Shown here: positions 20,158 through 32,800 of the stretch, one piece after another
How positions within the stretch are numbered: position 1 is the first letter of the stretch
Layout of the letters: the number at the start of each line of letters is the position of its first letter
DNA from: Heterodontus francisci
Lineage: Eukaryota
Direction of reading: 5' to 3'
NCBI RefSeq assembly: GCF_036365525.1
Contig: NC_090399.1
Location: 32,210,430-32,274,429 of the forward strand
DNA length: 64,000 nt
Translations under genes and position numbers: made by a program
Notes under the pieces: model-generated
Databases searched by the model: none
The model's input: the letters and a program-made list of their open reading frames with translations, nothing else
What the model was told of the DNA's origin: nothing

Positions 20158-20828
20158 AGTGACTCACTTTCTGACACCCTAAAGCTATTCTACCACCTAC
20201 AAGGCACGAATCAGGACTGTGATAGAATATTCTTCACTTGCTTGGATGACTGCAGCTCCAATAACACTCAAAGAAACTCGGCACTGTCCAGGCCAAAGCA
20301 AGATCAGAAAACTCCAACCGGCAGATAACACAGTCACTCCCCCCATCACGTGGCTGCAAGGGCACAGAATGTACTCTGGACTGGTTACTTCAATGTCCTT
20401 CACCATGAGTGACTCAGTGGTATCAGGACTTACTGAGCTGACTGGGTCCTGAAGGACTGGGCTTAGGGCGGGTAGTTAGAGGACCAGCATGTGGGAAACA
20501 CCTATTTTGTCTCGCCCTCAATCTATCTGTCACAGATTCAGCTTTGCATAACATCATTGATACAACTGACCACCGCACAGTCCTTGTAGAGATGAGGTCA
20601 TGAATGGTCATGAACAATTAAGCAACTAACAGGAGGAGGAGGCTCAATGAACATCCCCACCTTCAATGTCGATGGTGTCCAGCGAGTGAATGTAAAAGAA
20701 AAGGCTGAAATGATCGCAGCTCTCTTCAGATAGATGTGCAGGGTGGATGATCCATCTTGACCCCTTTCTGAATTCCCCAGCATTGCATATTCCAGTCTTC
20801 AGCCAACTTGATTCACTCCATGTGAAAC

Positions 20829-21613
20829 TGCTATGACCAGGTGAGGATGGGGTCTAGGGCACCCCTCCCAGCCTTCCCCTGGTTTGGCTGCAGCAGGGTT
20901 TAATTTTTAAAATCACTGTCTTTTAGCTTACCCCTCAGTGAGTCCTTGCTGACTGCTCTCTAATTGTAATGGCAAAGAAATCTATCAGACAGGTTTTATT
21001 AGATTTAAACAATAAAGGTGTAAGTTTATTTATGTTAAAACTACTAAAAATACGCGACACAACCATGCTAATATGCATACGTGATAAACACACATGCAAA
21101 TAGAGACAGAAAAGGAGAAAGCATCAAAAGGGGAAAGGTTGAAGCAACAGCTGGAGTGCAATTATTGGTTTTGGATTTGATGTAAAGTATTTGAAGTTAA
21201 GTCTTGCAGTTCTCTTTGGAGCGCAGTGCACACTTTCAAACTTGTTTCGCTGGTCTTCTGTCTTGAGGCTTAGTTACTTCTGTGGGTCCTTGGAACTTTG
21301 TGTGTGTGTGACCGAGAGAGCGATCCTCTCTTCTTCAAGTTAATTTGCAGTCTCCTCTTGTCTGTGTGACACAATTCAAAAAAACTCCAAGTTGGCCAGC
21401 AGGTTAGTCATGTGAATAGCTCCTTATTTGGAAAAACTTCCCCAGCGAGGTTTGTAGATTTCTTCAAGTTCAGCAGTATGCAAATATGCAGCCATGTTTT
21501 CAGCCACTGTTGTGGTCTCTTTTAAACAAGTTATTTCAAATCCAGCAACAGTTAAAAACAATGTTCCATATGACGAAATTAACATGTCCCATTTTTGGCA
21601 GGTGTGGTTGCCA
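20829..21613 (-). mobile_element. Solo LTR, same family as 26786-27781, with one end clipped
   Basis: Its ends are reverse complements of the 26786-27781 ends (cctcacctggtcataRca and ggaaaccgcacctgcc); inserted into a LINE. Confidence 0.8.
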
Positions 21614-22361
21614 AGAAATGACTCAAAGTTTTGAATATAGCAAAGACCATGAACCCTGACGACATCGCATCTGTAGAGTTGAAGACCTGTGCTCTAGAAT
21701 TGGCTGTGTCTCTAGCCAAGCTGTTCCAGTACAGCTACAACACTAGCACCTATTAGTTTTGAAGTGTAAAATTGCCGAGGAATGTCCCAGCCACAAATAT
21801 CAGATCAAACCAATCTGCCAGTTACTGCCCCAGCAGCCCACATTCAATCATCAGCAAAGTGATAGAAGGTAACGTCAACAATGTAATCAAACTGCACTTA
21901 CTCACCAATAACCTGCTCACCAATTCTCAGTTTAGTTTCCACAAGAGCACTCAGCTCCAGACCTCATTACAGCCTTGGTTAAAACATTGACAAAAGACCT
22001 GAATTCCAATAGTCAGAGGAGAGTGACTGCCCTCAACATCAAATCTGGAATCAATGAGCCCTAGTAAAACTGGAATCAATGGGAATCTGGGGGAAATCTC
22101 TCCACTAGTTGGAGTCATACCTCGCACAAAGGAAGATGGCTGTGGTTGTTGAAAGCCAATCATCTCAGCCCCAGGACATTGCTGTAGGAGTTCCTCAGGG
22201 TAGTGTCCTAGGCCCAACCATCTTCAGCTACTTCATCAATGACCTTCCCTCCATCATAATGTCAGAAGCGGGGATGTTTGCTGAGTATTGTAGTGTTCAG
22301 TACCATTCGCAACTTCTCAGATCCTGAAACAGTCCATGTCCACATCCAGCAAGACCTGAAC

Positions 22362-22718
22362 TAGAGGCCTGCTACCTGACCCGCACCTAACGTGACCCGA
22401 TGACATGTGTCGGGTTCAGGTCGGGTCGGGTCCCTCTTCCGGGTCCGGCTTTCGGGCTCGGGTTGGGTAGGGCCGGACACACACAGCCAGCGCTCTACTG
22501 GTAAGTATGAAAACTGATCCTGCGCAGTGAGTGAGTGACGTTACTATGACATCATCACGCATACGCTGTAGCTTTGTGGAGCTTCCCAGTCGGAAGGTAA
22601 GTAAAGGGATGGTCAAGTTGAGCTCGGGTCGGGCCGAGTGGGGTCAGGCTCGGGTCGGGTCGGGTCGGGCTCCGGTCCGCTGTGGATTGGTCTTTTTCCT
22701 GACCTAAGTAGGCCTTTA
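22362..22718. mobile_element. hAT-type MITE, 357 bp
   Basis: TIR TAGAGGCCTGC / GTAGGCCTTTA; 8-bp TSD ACCTGAAC/ACCGGAAC; subterminal (TCGGG)n arrays. Confidence 0.85.
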
Positions 22719-23479
22719 ACCGGAACAACATCCAGGCTTGGGCTGATAAGTGGCAAGTAGCATTCACAAGAGCAAAGCAATGACCATCTCCAACAAGAGA
22801 GAGTCTAACCGCCTCCTCTTGTCATTCAATATCATTTCCATTGGTGAGTCCCCCACCAACATCTTTAACCTAACCATTAACCAGAACCATAACTGGAAAA
22901 GCCACATATATGATGTGCTGCAAGAGGAGGTCAGAAGCTGGGTATTCTGTGGCGAGTGACTCACCTCCTTTCCAAGGGAGAATCTAACCCACTTTTCATG
23001 CAATGTCTCTACCATCATTGAATCCCCCACCATCAACATCCTGGGCATCCCTGGTGACCAGATACCTAACTGAACCAGTCACATTAATGATGTGGCTACA
23101 GGAGCAAGTCAGAGTCTGGGTATTCTGTGGCAAGTGACCAACCTCCTGACTCCCCAAAGTCTTTCAACAAGCAACAGGGCACAAGTCAGAAGAGTGATGG
23201 ATTATTCTCCATTTGCCTGGATAGTTGCAGCTCCAACAAATCTCAAGAAGCTTGAGAAAGATAATGGTCGGTACCAGGACATCACTGTAGGGGTTCCTTA
23301 GGGCAGGAAGGAAGGAGAAAAAGAAGGAAGGAAGGTGCTAATCTGGAATAACCAGGACACTGAAGTACTAATGTGCTGGGCCATGGACTGAGCAGGAGGA
23401 TCAACATTTCCCACTTACATTTCCTTTCCCACTGCTGCTTCTGGACTGGGTTGGCCCCATTCGATGGGCTGGCAGTGAA

Positions 23480-25255
23480 ATTTATACAGAGGGGAAATTT
23501 GTACAGATTATTTTCTCCTCTTTTACCTCACCCATAACTCTTTGGAGAAGGACTGCAAGGTGGCTGAGCGGACTGACCATGGCACTATGGTGAAAGATAC
23601 CATTCCAATGTGGGGAGTGAAGAGGAATGTGGTATTGATAGGAGACAGTATAGTCAGGGGTATAGATACTGTTCTCTGCAGCCACGACCGGAAGCTCCAA
23701 CAGCTGTGTTGCTTGGTGCCAGGGTTAAGGACATCTCCTCGCGGCTGAAGAGGAACCTGGAGTGGGAGGGGGAGGATCCAGTTGTCGTGGTCCATGTGGG
23801 AACCAATGACATAGTTAGAACCAGAAATGATGTTCTGCTTAGAGAATCTGAGGAGTTAGGGTCCAAACTAAAATGCCGAACATCCAAGGTAATGATCTCT
23901 GGATTGTTACCTGAGACAAGTGCAAACACAAGGTAAAGCAGATTAGAGAACTAAACGCGCGGCTCAAAGAGTGGTGTGGGAAGAAGTGGTTTTGATGCTT
24001 GGGGCACTGACATCAGTACACAGGGAAGAGGGAGCGATTCCGTTGGGATGGGCTTCACTTGAACCGGGCTGTGACCAGTGTCCTGGCCAACTGCATAACT
24101 AGGACTGTGACAGGGCTTTAAACTAATGGGTGGGCAGTGGAGGGTTTGAGTAAAGGGAAATTTAGAAATCCAAAAAGAGAGATCAGGGCATCGGAGCAGG
24201 AATAGTGATGTGGGTAAATACCAACAGAATGGGAAAGGATGGGATAGAGAGCTTAACAAAAATTGTACATCAGCAAATAAGGTCATTACAGGGAATAGCG
24301 AATAAGGTCATTGCAGGGAATAGAGGTAAAAAAAAATGAAATTGAAGTTCTTTTATCTGAATGCATGAAGCATCTGCAATAAGGTAGATGAGCTAGTGGC
24401 ACAAATAGAAGTAAATGATCTAGATCTAATTGCCATTACTGAGACATGGTTACAGGGAGATCAAGGTTGGGAAATGAATATTCCAGGAGACACAATATTT
24501 CAGAAACACAGACAGAATAGCAAAGGAGGTGATGGGGGGTGCGGGGTGGTGGTGGGGGGTAGCCCTGATAGTAAAGGATGACAGGAGGACGTTAATAAGA
24601 AGGGATGTGGTCTCAGAAGACCATGAAGTAGAATCAGTTTGGATGGAAATTAGGAATAGCAGGAGTCAGAAAACACTGGTGGGTGTAGTTTACAGGCCCC
24701 CTAACAGTGCTTATATTATTGGACAGAACATTAAACGGGAAATTATTGGAACTTGCAACAAAGGTTGCAAACTTGTGGGGGACATTAATCTGCATATAGA
24801 CTGGGACATTAAATTGGCAACAGTGGTCTAGAAGATGAATTCGTAGACTGTTTTTGTGACAGCTTCTTGGAGCAATACATTGTAGAACTGACTAGGTATA
24901 AAGCTATTTTATATTAGGTATAAAGCTATCTTAGATCTCATACTGTGTAATGAAACAGGGTTAATTAGCAATGTTATAGTAAAAGATCCATTGGAAAATA
25001 GATATCATAATACCATTGAATTTCACGTTAAGTTTGAAAGTGACGCGTTTCAATCACAAATAAGAATCTTAAACTTAAAGCCAATTACGAAGGTATGAAG
25101 GGAGAACTGGCGAAGGTTAATTGGGTAAGTAGACTGGAAGGTATGATGGTAAATGAACAGTGGGAAATATTTAAAGAAACAATTCAAAGGGTTCAACAAA
25201 AGTACATTCTGTTCAAAAACAAAAACTCGTCAAGAAAGACCCATCCTTGGCTCAC
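23480..25255 (+). mobile_element. CR1 5' part: ORF1 SGNH esterase and ORF2 endonuclease, decayed
   Basis: VVLIGDSIVRGID, VVVHVGTNDI, DGLHLN; then IAITETWL and GVVYRPPNS. Confidence 0.9.
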
Positions 25256-25960
25256 TCTAATTTTATCATTTGATGCTCCTTTCTCAAAGATCTCTTTGTG
25301 CTCCCTGAGCACTTCCCCAATGTCAGACATACTCTGACTAATCCTGACTGTAAATAACTCGGCCCAGTTTAACCATATTTTCTGAAGCCAGTTCCTTCCC
25401 GTCAGGGAGACTTTTTTCCCTCCTTCTATTACCAATGATAAGTAATAGAATGCATCATCGTATTCCACCCTAACACTAACTTCACCTCCCACTGGAATAC
25501 TGTTATTGGAATAACTAGTCAGTTTCACACCAGTTTTGTGTAAGGGAATGTGACTTCGGGACTTCTTGTACTCTCCTTCCGAGATAACAGACACTGCTGC
25601 AGCTGTATCAACGATGAAAGTAAGTTGTGAATCTCCAACTTTCATTTTTCCTGTGGGTGCTGGAATTATATCTTCAGCCCTTTTATTCTCATCTTCCATG
25701 TGCTGTTTTTCTTGTTCTCTGACGGAGTACAACTCTTGATCTTCCTGCTCGATAACATCAACTTCTGTTTCCATATCCATCATATGTGCATTCGAGGACT
25801 TCCAGGCTCCTGAACTAGCTTTAGATCGACCACCACCTCGACCTGGTGCATTGCTGCAACCTGAAGCTTTTCCGTGATCTGGAACACTACTGTTTCCTCT
25901 ACTCCTGTATGTCGTCTGGATATGACCGACTTTCCCACAGGATAGCACTTTGACTGGAAA
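25256..25960 (-). mobile_element. Gypsy-type LTR retrotransposon gag zinc-knuckle and aspartic protease fragment
   Basis: SCGKVGHI (CCHC remnant), FIVDTAAAVSVI (DTG-type active site), LTGRNWL. Confidence 0.85.
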
Positions 25961-25989
25961 TGGGAGTACTTAGATGGTTTGTGGCTCCC

Positions 25990-26260
25990 ATGACAACGGT
26001 AGTATCTAAATGTCTGACTGTGAGTCTGAACTTGGCCTGGTTCCCACTGAAATCCAGTGGACCTCCCCTGCTGAGCTGCTCCTGCACACTCTCTACTTCC
26101 TCACCCTCGTCTGCCACCTGGACACGGCTTGGTGGTCTGTGTTGCCATCTGGCAGTGAGGGGGTCCCTGGTGGGGGGGCTCTCTATGTGGGAGTCCTCCC
26201 CCTTTACATGAGGGACCTGGGGTGGAGAGTGCTGCACAGGGCAGTTCCATGTAATAGAGA
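25990..26260 (+). mobile_element. Tx1-like LINE C-terminal fragment
   Basis: GVLPLYMRDLGWRVLHRAVPCNR resembles the zf-RVT region of Tx1 ORF2. Confidence 0.65.
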
Positions 26261-26264
26261 GTGG

Positions 26265-26665
26265 GTGTGGGTGAGAGAGGCCTGACGGAATTAGAGAGAG
26301 TCCAGGGAGGGCGGAGAGAGAGATAAACAGAGAGAGAGAGAGAGAGAGTGACTGAAAGAGCAAGTGTGAGAGACTGTAAGTGGGGGGGGGGGGGGGGGGT
26401 GCGAGGTGGTGGTAGAGGGAGCTAAGAGAGAGAGGGAGTGGGGAAAGAGAGTTTGGAAGCAAGAAAGAGACTGAAAGAGAAAGTGAGGGCAAAAGACAGA
26501 AAGAGAGAGAGAGAGAGAGAGACAAATGGGGCGGCACCGGGAAAGAAAGACAGATAAAGAGAGAAAGCAAGAAGCAGAATGAGAGAGGGAGACAACGATA
26601 CAGAGACACAGACACTGAGAGAGATACAGATACACAGACACTGAGAAATTGTGCTAGAGAGAGTT
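26265..26665 (+). repeat. (GA)n-rich low-complexity tract with a poly-G run
   Basis: Directly visible. Confidence 0.85.
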
Positions 26666-26689
26666 TGAAAGTGACAAGTTATCTTTATA

Positions 26690-29290
26690 TAACTCCTTTA
26701 ATATTATAAAACTTCCCGGTGCTTCACAGAAGCATTATAAAGCAAAATTTGACACAAATGTGATATTGGATAAACAGATGGGGCGTGTGATGGAAACCGC
26801 ACCTGCCAAATGGACACATGTTAACTTCAGCATATGGAGCCCCATTTGAACGTTAACTGAACATTGATCATAACTTGCTTAAAAGGACCACAGTGGCTAA
26901 AAACATGGCTGCACATTTGCATTCTGAGAGACAGTTGCCTAGAGAGACAATGGGAGTGCTCCCTGATTCAATTAGCCAGATGGGTTTTGATAGTGATGAT
27001 CAAAAGACATTGAGAGTCATTGTCTGTGTAAGAGCCAACACTCCATACCACTCCCTCCCACCCCCAGCGCTGGCCGTCCCCACTGAGTGTGCCTAGTAAG
27101 CTTTGAAGAATCAACAACCCTCACAGGTGATGCTGTGTCAAATAAAGAGCTAGTCACATGACTAATCAACTGGCCAACCTGGGAACTGATTGAATTGTGC
27201 ATCACAGAAAAGTTTTGAGACAGACTGCAATTTTGAAGACCAAAAAGAAGCAAGGTCTCTGTCTCTCTCTCTCTTTCGCAAAGTTCCAGGGACCCACGGA
27301 AGTAAATGAAGCCTCAAGACAGAAGACCCCTGCAGCCTTCTGGTACCAGCGAAACAAATTTGAAAGTGTGCACTGGGGATCAACAGGAACTGCAAGACTT
27401 AACTTCAATCAAATATTTCACGGCAAAACTACAAATAGCAACTGAATTCCATCTACCACTTCAAACCTTCCCCCTTTAATTCTTTCTCTTCCATTGTATC
27501 TATTTGTGTGTGTGTTTATCACGTATGCACGCTAGCGTGGTTGTGTCGCGTATTTTTAGTAGTTTTAACTGAGTTAGAATGTTAGGATTAATAAACACAC
27601 ACCTTTCTTGTCTAAAGCCTGCATGATTGATTCCTTTGCAATTACAATTAGAGAGCAGTGAGAAAGGACACACTGTGGTAAAGCTTAACACACTGTGTTT
27701 TAAAAGGTAAACCCTGTTACGATCAAACCAGGAAAGTGGTGAGAGGGGAGTCTGAGATTCTTTCCTCACCTGGTCATAACAGGGTGTCTTTGAGGAGATA
27801 TAGAGAGGGATAGAGGTTTAGGGAGGGAATTTCAAGAGCTCAGGGCCCAGGCAGCCGAAAGCACAGCCAGTAATGGTGGAGTGAACTAAATTAGGGAAGA
27901 TTAACATGACAGAATAAGAGGAGTGCAGCGATGTTGGAGATTCGTAGAGCTGGAGGAGATTACAAAGATAGGGAGGGGTGTAGGGCTGGAGGAGGTTAAA
28001 GAGATAGGGAGGGGTGTAGAGGCTGGAGGAGGTTATAGAGATAGGGAGGGGTGTAGAGGCTGGAGGAGGTTATAGAGATAGGGAGGGGTGAGGCACAGAA
28101 GGGATTTAAAAGCAAGGATGAGAATTTTAAAATCGAGGTGTTGCTGGATGTGGAGCCAATGTAAGGCAGCGAGCGCAGGGGTTAATGGATGAATGGAGTT
28201 TGGTGTGAGTTAAGACATCGGCAGCAGAGTTTTGGATGTCCTCAAGTTTAAGGAGGATAGACTGTGGGAGACCAGCCAGGAATGCATTAGAATAGTCGAG
28301 TCTAGAGGTAACAAAGGAATGGATGAGGGTTTCAGCAGCAGATGAGCTGAGGCAGGGGTGGAGTCGGGAGATGTTACAGAGGTTGAAACAGACGGTCTTA
28401 GTGATGGAGTGAATATGAGCTCGGAAGCTCATCTCAGGTTGTGAACAGTCTGGTTGAGCCTCAGACAGTTGCCAGGGAGATGGATGGAGTCGGTGGCTCG
28501 AGAACAGAGTTTGTAGCAGCGCCGAAGAGAATGGCTTCAACCTTCCCGATACTTAAATGGAGGAAATTTCTGCCCTCCCAGTGCTGGATGTCAGATAAGA
28601 AGTTTAATAATTTATCAACAGTGGAGGAGTTGAGAGAGGTGGTGGTGAGGTAGAGCTGGATGTTGTCAGTGTACATGTGAAAATTAACAGTGTGTTTTCA
28701 GATGATGTGACTGAGGGGCAGCATGTAGATGAGAAATAGGAGGAGGTCAAGGATAGATCATTGGGGAACACCAGAGGTAACAGTGCAGGAGCATGAAGAG
28801 AAGCCATTGCAAGTGATTTTCTGACTATGATTAGATAGATAAACATGGAACCAGGTGAGAGCAGTCCCACCCAGCTGGAAGACAGTGCAGAGGTGTTGGA
28901 GGAGGATGGTGTGGTCAACCGTGTCAAAGGCTGCAGACAGGTCGAGAAGGATGAGGAGGGAAAGTTTACCTTTGTCACAGTCACATAGGATGCCATTTGT
29001 GACTTTGATAAGAGCTGTTTCAGTACGGTGACTGGGGCAGAAACTTGATTGGAGAATTCAAACATGGTGTTCTGGGAAAGATGGCCATGGATATTGGAGG
29101 TGACAACACATTCAAGGACTTTGGAGAGGAAAGGGAGTTTGGGGATGGGATGTTAGTTTGCAAGGATAGAGCGAGTCAAGTGTTTTTTTTTAGGAGAAGG
29201 GTGATAACAGGAGATTTTAAAGAGAGACGATAGAACCTGAGGAGAGGGAACTGTTAACAATATCAGCTAACATGGGAGACAGGAAGGGAG
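26690..29290 (-). mobile_element. L2 LINE, 3' half, interrupted by the LTR; contains a ~36-bp tandem repeat at about 27950-28090
   Basis: YTDNIQLY (YADDTQLY-like), HSFVTSRLDYSNAFLAGLP, IQNSAA. Confidence 0.88.
26786..27781 (+). mobile_element. Solo LTR, 996 bp, inserted in the 3' end of an L2
   Basis: TGTGATGG...CATAACA; 5-bp TSD GGGCG/GGGTG with one CpG transition; AATAAA near 27590. Confidence 0.85.
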
Positions 29291-29863
29291 TCGGCCCCGA
29301 CCATCCGAGCCACTGCGAAGCTGAGGCCCCGGGGCTGCCGGCTCCTGTGCCAAGCCTGACCCCACTCCCTCATCCTGGGTCCCGACTCCCTATCCTAGTC
29401 CCTCGGCTGGACTTGTCCTGATACAAACCCCCCAACACACATAACACCGTCTGACTCGGGGACAGAGGGAGAAAGTGAGTCAGCAGTGACCAGGCGGGGG
29501 GAATGGAAAGGAGATGGACTCAATAAAATGTCTCCAGAAAAAAAATCAATTCACACGTGACGATTTCCAGCATCTGCAGCATTTTGGCTTTTGTAAGAAC
29601 ATTTTTGTTTTCTGAGCAGATGTGAGGAGATGGGAATCAAATATGTGGAGATGGAGGAGAGACTGTGGCTGCTGTTACTCCTCCTATCCTGCAGGGGGTG
29701 GTGCTAGTCTTTCCCTGCTCTTGCACCACATGCCCGACACTCCCCACCACTGGGGGTATTTTCACCCCCCCAGTGATTCCTGCTGTCATTCAGTTGATGG
29801 AAGTCTGGGGATAAATATTCCATTCATGGACTGGAAACACTGGGACCCGCCTCTGGGCTGCTC

Positions 29864-32800
29864 TCAGTTGTTTTGTTTATTCATTAATTGAATAATTGAT
29901 GTAACTGGATATTTCATCGCGATCTTGACCTGCTCTCTGAACTTGGACTGAGTCACCATATAAATAAATGTGTTTGTGCAGCAACTTAAATTCAACAGCA
30001 TAAATACGATTCGTTGAAATATATAAAAAGAATCATCATCGAAGTGATATCCAATGTTAAAGTAATCTAAAACGAATCCCAACCACAGAAGTATGAAGTT
30101 ACCGGATATGGTGAAGAGTAAAATCACAGACTTCCTTCTGCTCTCCATCTCTGGGTCACTGTGATTCTCTCCCTTGCTCTGACCCCTCAGTCCCTTACGG
30201 ACTCGACTGGCCACTAAAATGTGTCTGACTGTCAGAGCGTTGAGCAACAGAATTAAAGCAAATGGGATCAATGGGGTTAAAACTGTATCAAACCTGTCAA
30301 ATCCCACCCATCCGGGCTCAGTGTAATAACTTTGCTTTGTAGAACAGAAAAATGGTACATTGTAGATTATCTTTCCAGGTTCATATTTAAAGTAGAGAGG
30401 GATGTTTTTTGAACAGAGCAGAATGCAAATTGTTGCTAGAACCACAGCCGCAGTTTTCTCGGTGCAATATTTAGTTTTCAGCTTCTGGCAACAAATGGCC
30501 ACAAATCGATCAAAGGTGAAAGTGACGGTGAACCAGACAGAACAGTCTACGGCTGCATCAATCAGGGCATTGTGAACACTACACACAGGGGTGATATCCA
30601 GGAAGCTCACCGGGAAATAGTAATAATTGATCCTGAACAATATGACCTCAGTGATAATGACCAGTAGATCCGCCGTTGCCATGGCCACCAGGTAGCGAGT
30701 GGTGCAGGTGGAGAGGCCGCACTTTCTCCGGGACAGGATCACAATCGCCAGTAAATTAACTGGAAGAGAGAGAAGGGAAAAGAGACTGGAAATTACTGAT
30801 CAAACATTCTCCGTGTCTGACCCAGACAGTAATGGCAGGACTTCAGCGCCAAAAACAGAGGGGGTTGGGTGCAGGTCAGAGGTTAAAATGTAAAAATCTC
30901 AACACCGACCCCAACTGACTTTTGACCCGCCCACTTCCGGGTTTAACGGAGTCGGGAAAGGGGACGGACAGACAACCACTTCCAGGAGGCGGGTTGGTGA
31001 TTTAAATATTTGAATGAGGCTGGAAGTCTCTGATTTAATCTGTTTTACAGGTTTACCTCTGGCCATCGGGTTTCCCCGTTATACCCCACACCACATACAA
31101 AGACACCCGGGATTGGTGAGTGGAACAGTCCCCTCCTTGGGAATCCGATCCCTCCCTCAGGATCGTCCTCCCACCCTGCGATCACATGCCACCTTCCCCA
31201 TGATAGGACACCACCACTGTGTGGGATCGGACTCCACCACCCCCAGGATTGGAACACCTATCCCAGGTTTGAACCTCACGATCCTCAGGATCGGAAACCC
31301 CAGGATAGGACTTCACCCCCTCCCCCGGGATCAGATCGCACACCCCCGGGGAACGGACTCCCCTCATCCTGTGATTGTACCCCACCACTCCCCGGAATAG
31401 CACACCACCACTCCCTGGGATCGGACCCCACCACTCCCGGGGATTGGACCCCAACAGTCCCTTGGATCACCAAGCATCTGACCTCACTGCCCCTGAAATT
31501 CGACCTCACCACCCCTAGATTGTACCTCTGCCCTACGATTGGACTCTCCTCTCTGGATGGGACCCCTGTCTGAGCTCAGACCCCCCTCTCCCAGGATCGG
31601 ACCATCCTCCTAGATCCCCCCCTTGTATCAGACACTCCACCTGCCCACTCCCCCTAACTGGACTGGGATCAAACTCCAGGATTGGAGACGCCTCCCTGGG
31701 GTTGGGGATCAAACACTCCACTTCCTCCTCCCCGGACTGGGACCACGTTCCAGGTTAGGGGGCCCCTCCCCAGGGTTGATGATCAGACACACTCCATCCC
31801 CATCATCACCTATGACCACGTTTCAGGATAGGAGCCGTCTCCCATGGGTTGAGGATCAGACATTCCCCGTCCCCCTCCACTCCTGCAGTTCTAAAACAAT
31901 CATGTAGTTGGAGAAATGTGGGGTAAAGCGGGAGGAAAGAACAAAAGGCAAGGTCTGTGATCGGGTGGAGGGCAGGAGTGATTGCATGATAAAAGGGATG
32001 ATGGTGCAAGGTGAATAGGACAATTAAAGAAACAGAGGATGGGTCCAGAGGGGGTGTAAATGGTTACAGCAGAATAACAGAGGGAGAGGGGAGCATGGAA
32101 AATCTGGCAAAGAGGAGAAGGCTCCAGTGGCCCAGAAAAGTGAGGGAGAATGGTGGGTAGACCCCAGGGGTGTGGACCAGCCTGCCAGCTGTGTACCAAT
32201 AGGGGATCCTCACCCCAAGCACCAGCCCAGACCCCCTCCACTCCCAGTGACTCTGGTGTAGCCATCCTCTATTACCAGCACAGACCATCCCAGAAAGTGG
32301 GAGCAATGGTTATAATCGGAAGTTTTTAAACTCAGTGTCGAGTTCAACAGATAATAAAAAGCCTAATTGAAAAATTCAGTTTAGTTCCTCATTGAACTTC
32401 ACTGGAAGAGTGTAGGAGGTTGGAGATAGAGAGGTCAGAGTGGGAGTGGGATGTAGAATTAAAATGACAAGTGACCAGAAGCTCAGGGTCACACTTTCAG
32501 ACTGAATGGAGGAGTTCAGCAAAGCAATCACTCAATCTGTGTTTGCTCCTCTCCCAATGTCCAGGAGATTCCATCGTGAGCAGCGAATACTGTTAATACA
32601 TTGAAAGAAGTCCAAGTAAATCACTGTTTCACCTGGAAGGAGTGTTTGGGGCCTTGGACAGTGGGAAGGGAGGAGGTAAAAGGGCAGGTGTTACATCTCC
32701 TGTGCTTGCACGGGAAGGTGCCTGGGGAAGAGGAGCTGATGTTGGGGGTGATTGAGGAGTGGGTCAGGGTGTCACAATGAGTGGGGGGAAGGGAGGGGAG

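Larger units (their letters stand above)
15870..23300 (+). mobile_element. Stack of decayed copies of the GPDNIPA/PELA LINE family, interrupted by two LTRs and a MITE
   Basis: Repeated motifs GPDNIPA, LAKLFQYSYNT, RVTALDIKAVFD, GVPQGSVLGPTIF and QQDLDNIQAWA in at least three partial copies. Confidence 0.85.

Noticed and set aside
29290-29480. GC-rich open frame after a possible - strand acceptor
   Set aside because: No recognisable domain or donor, and truncated by L2; unsupported.
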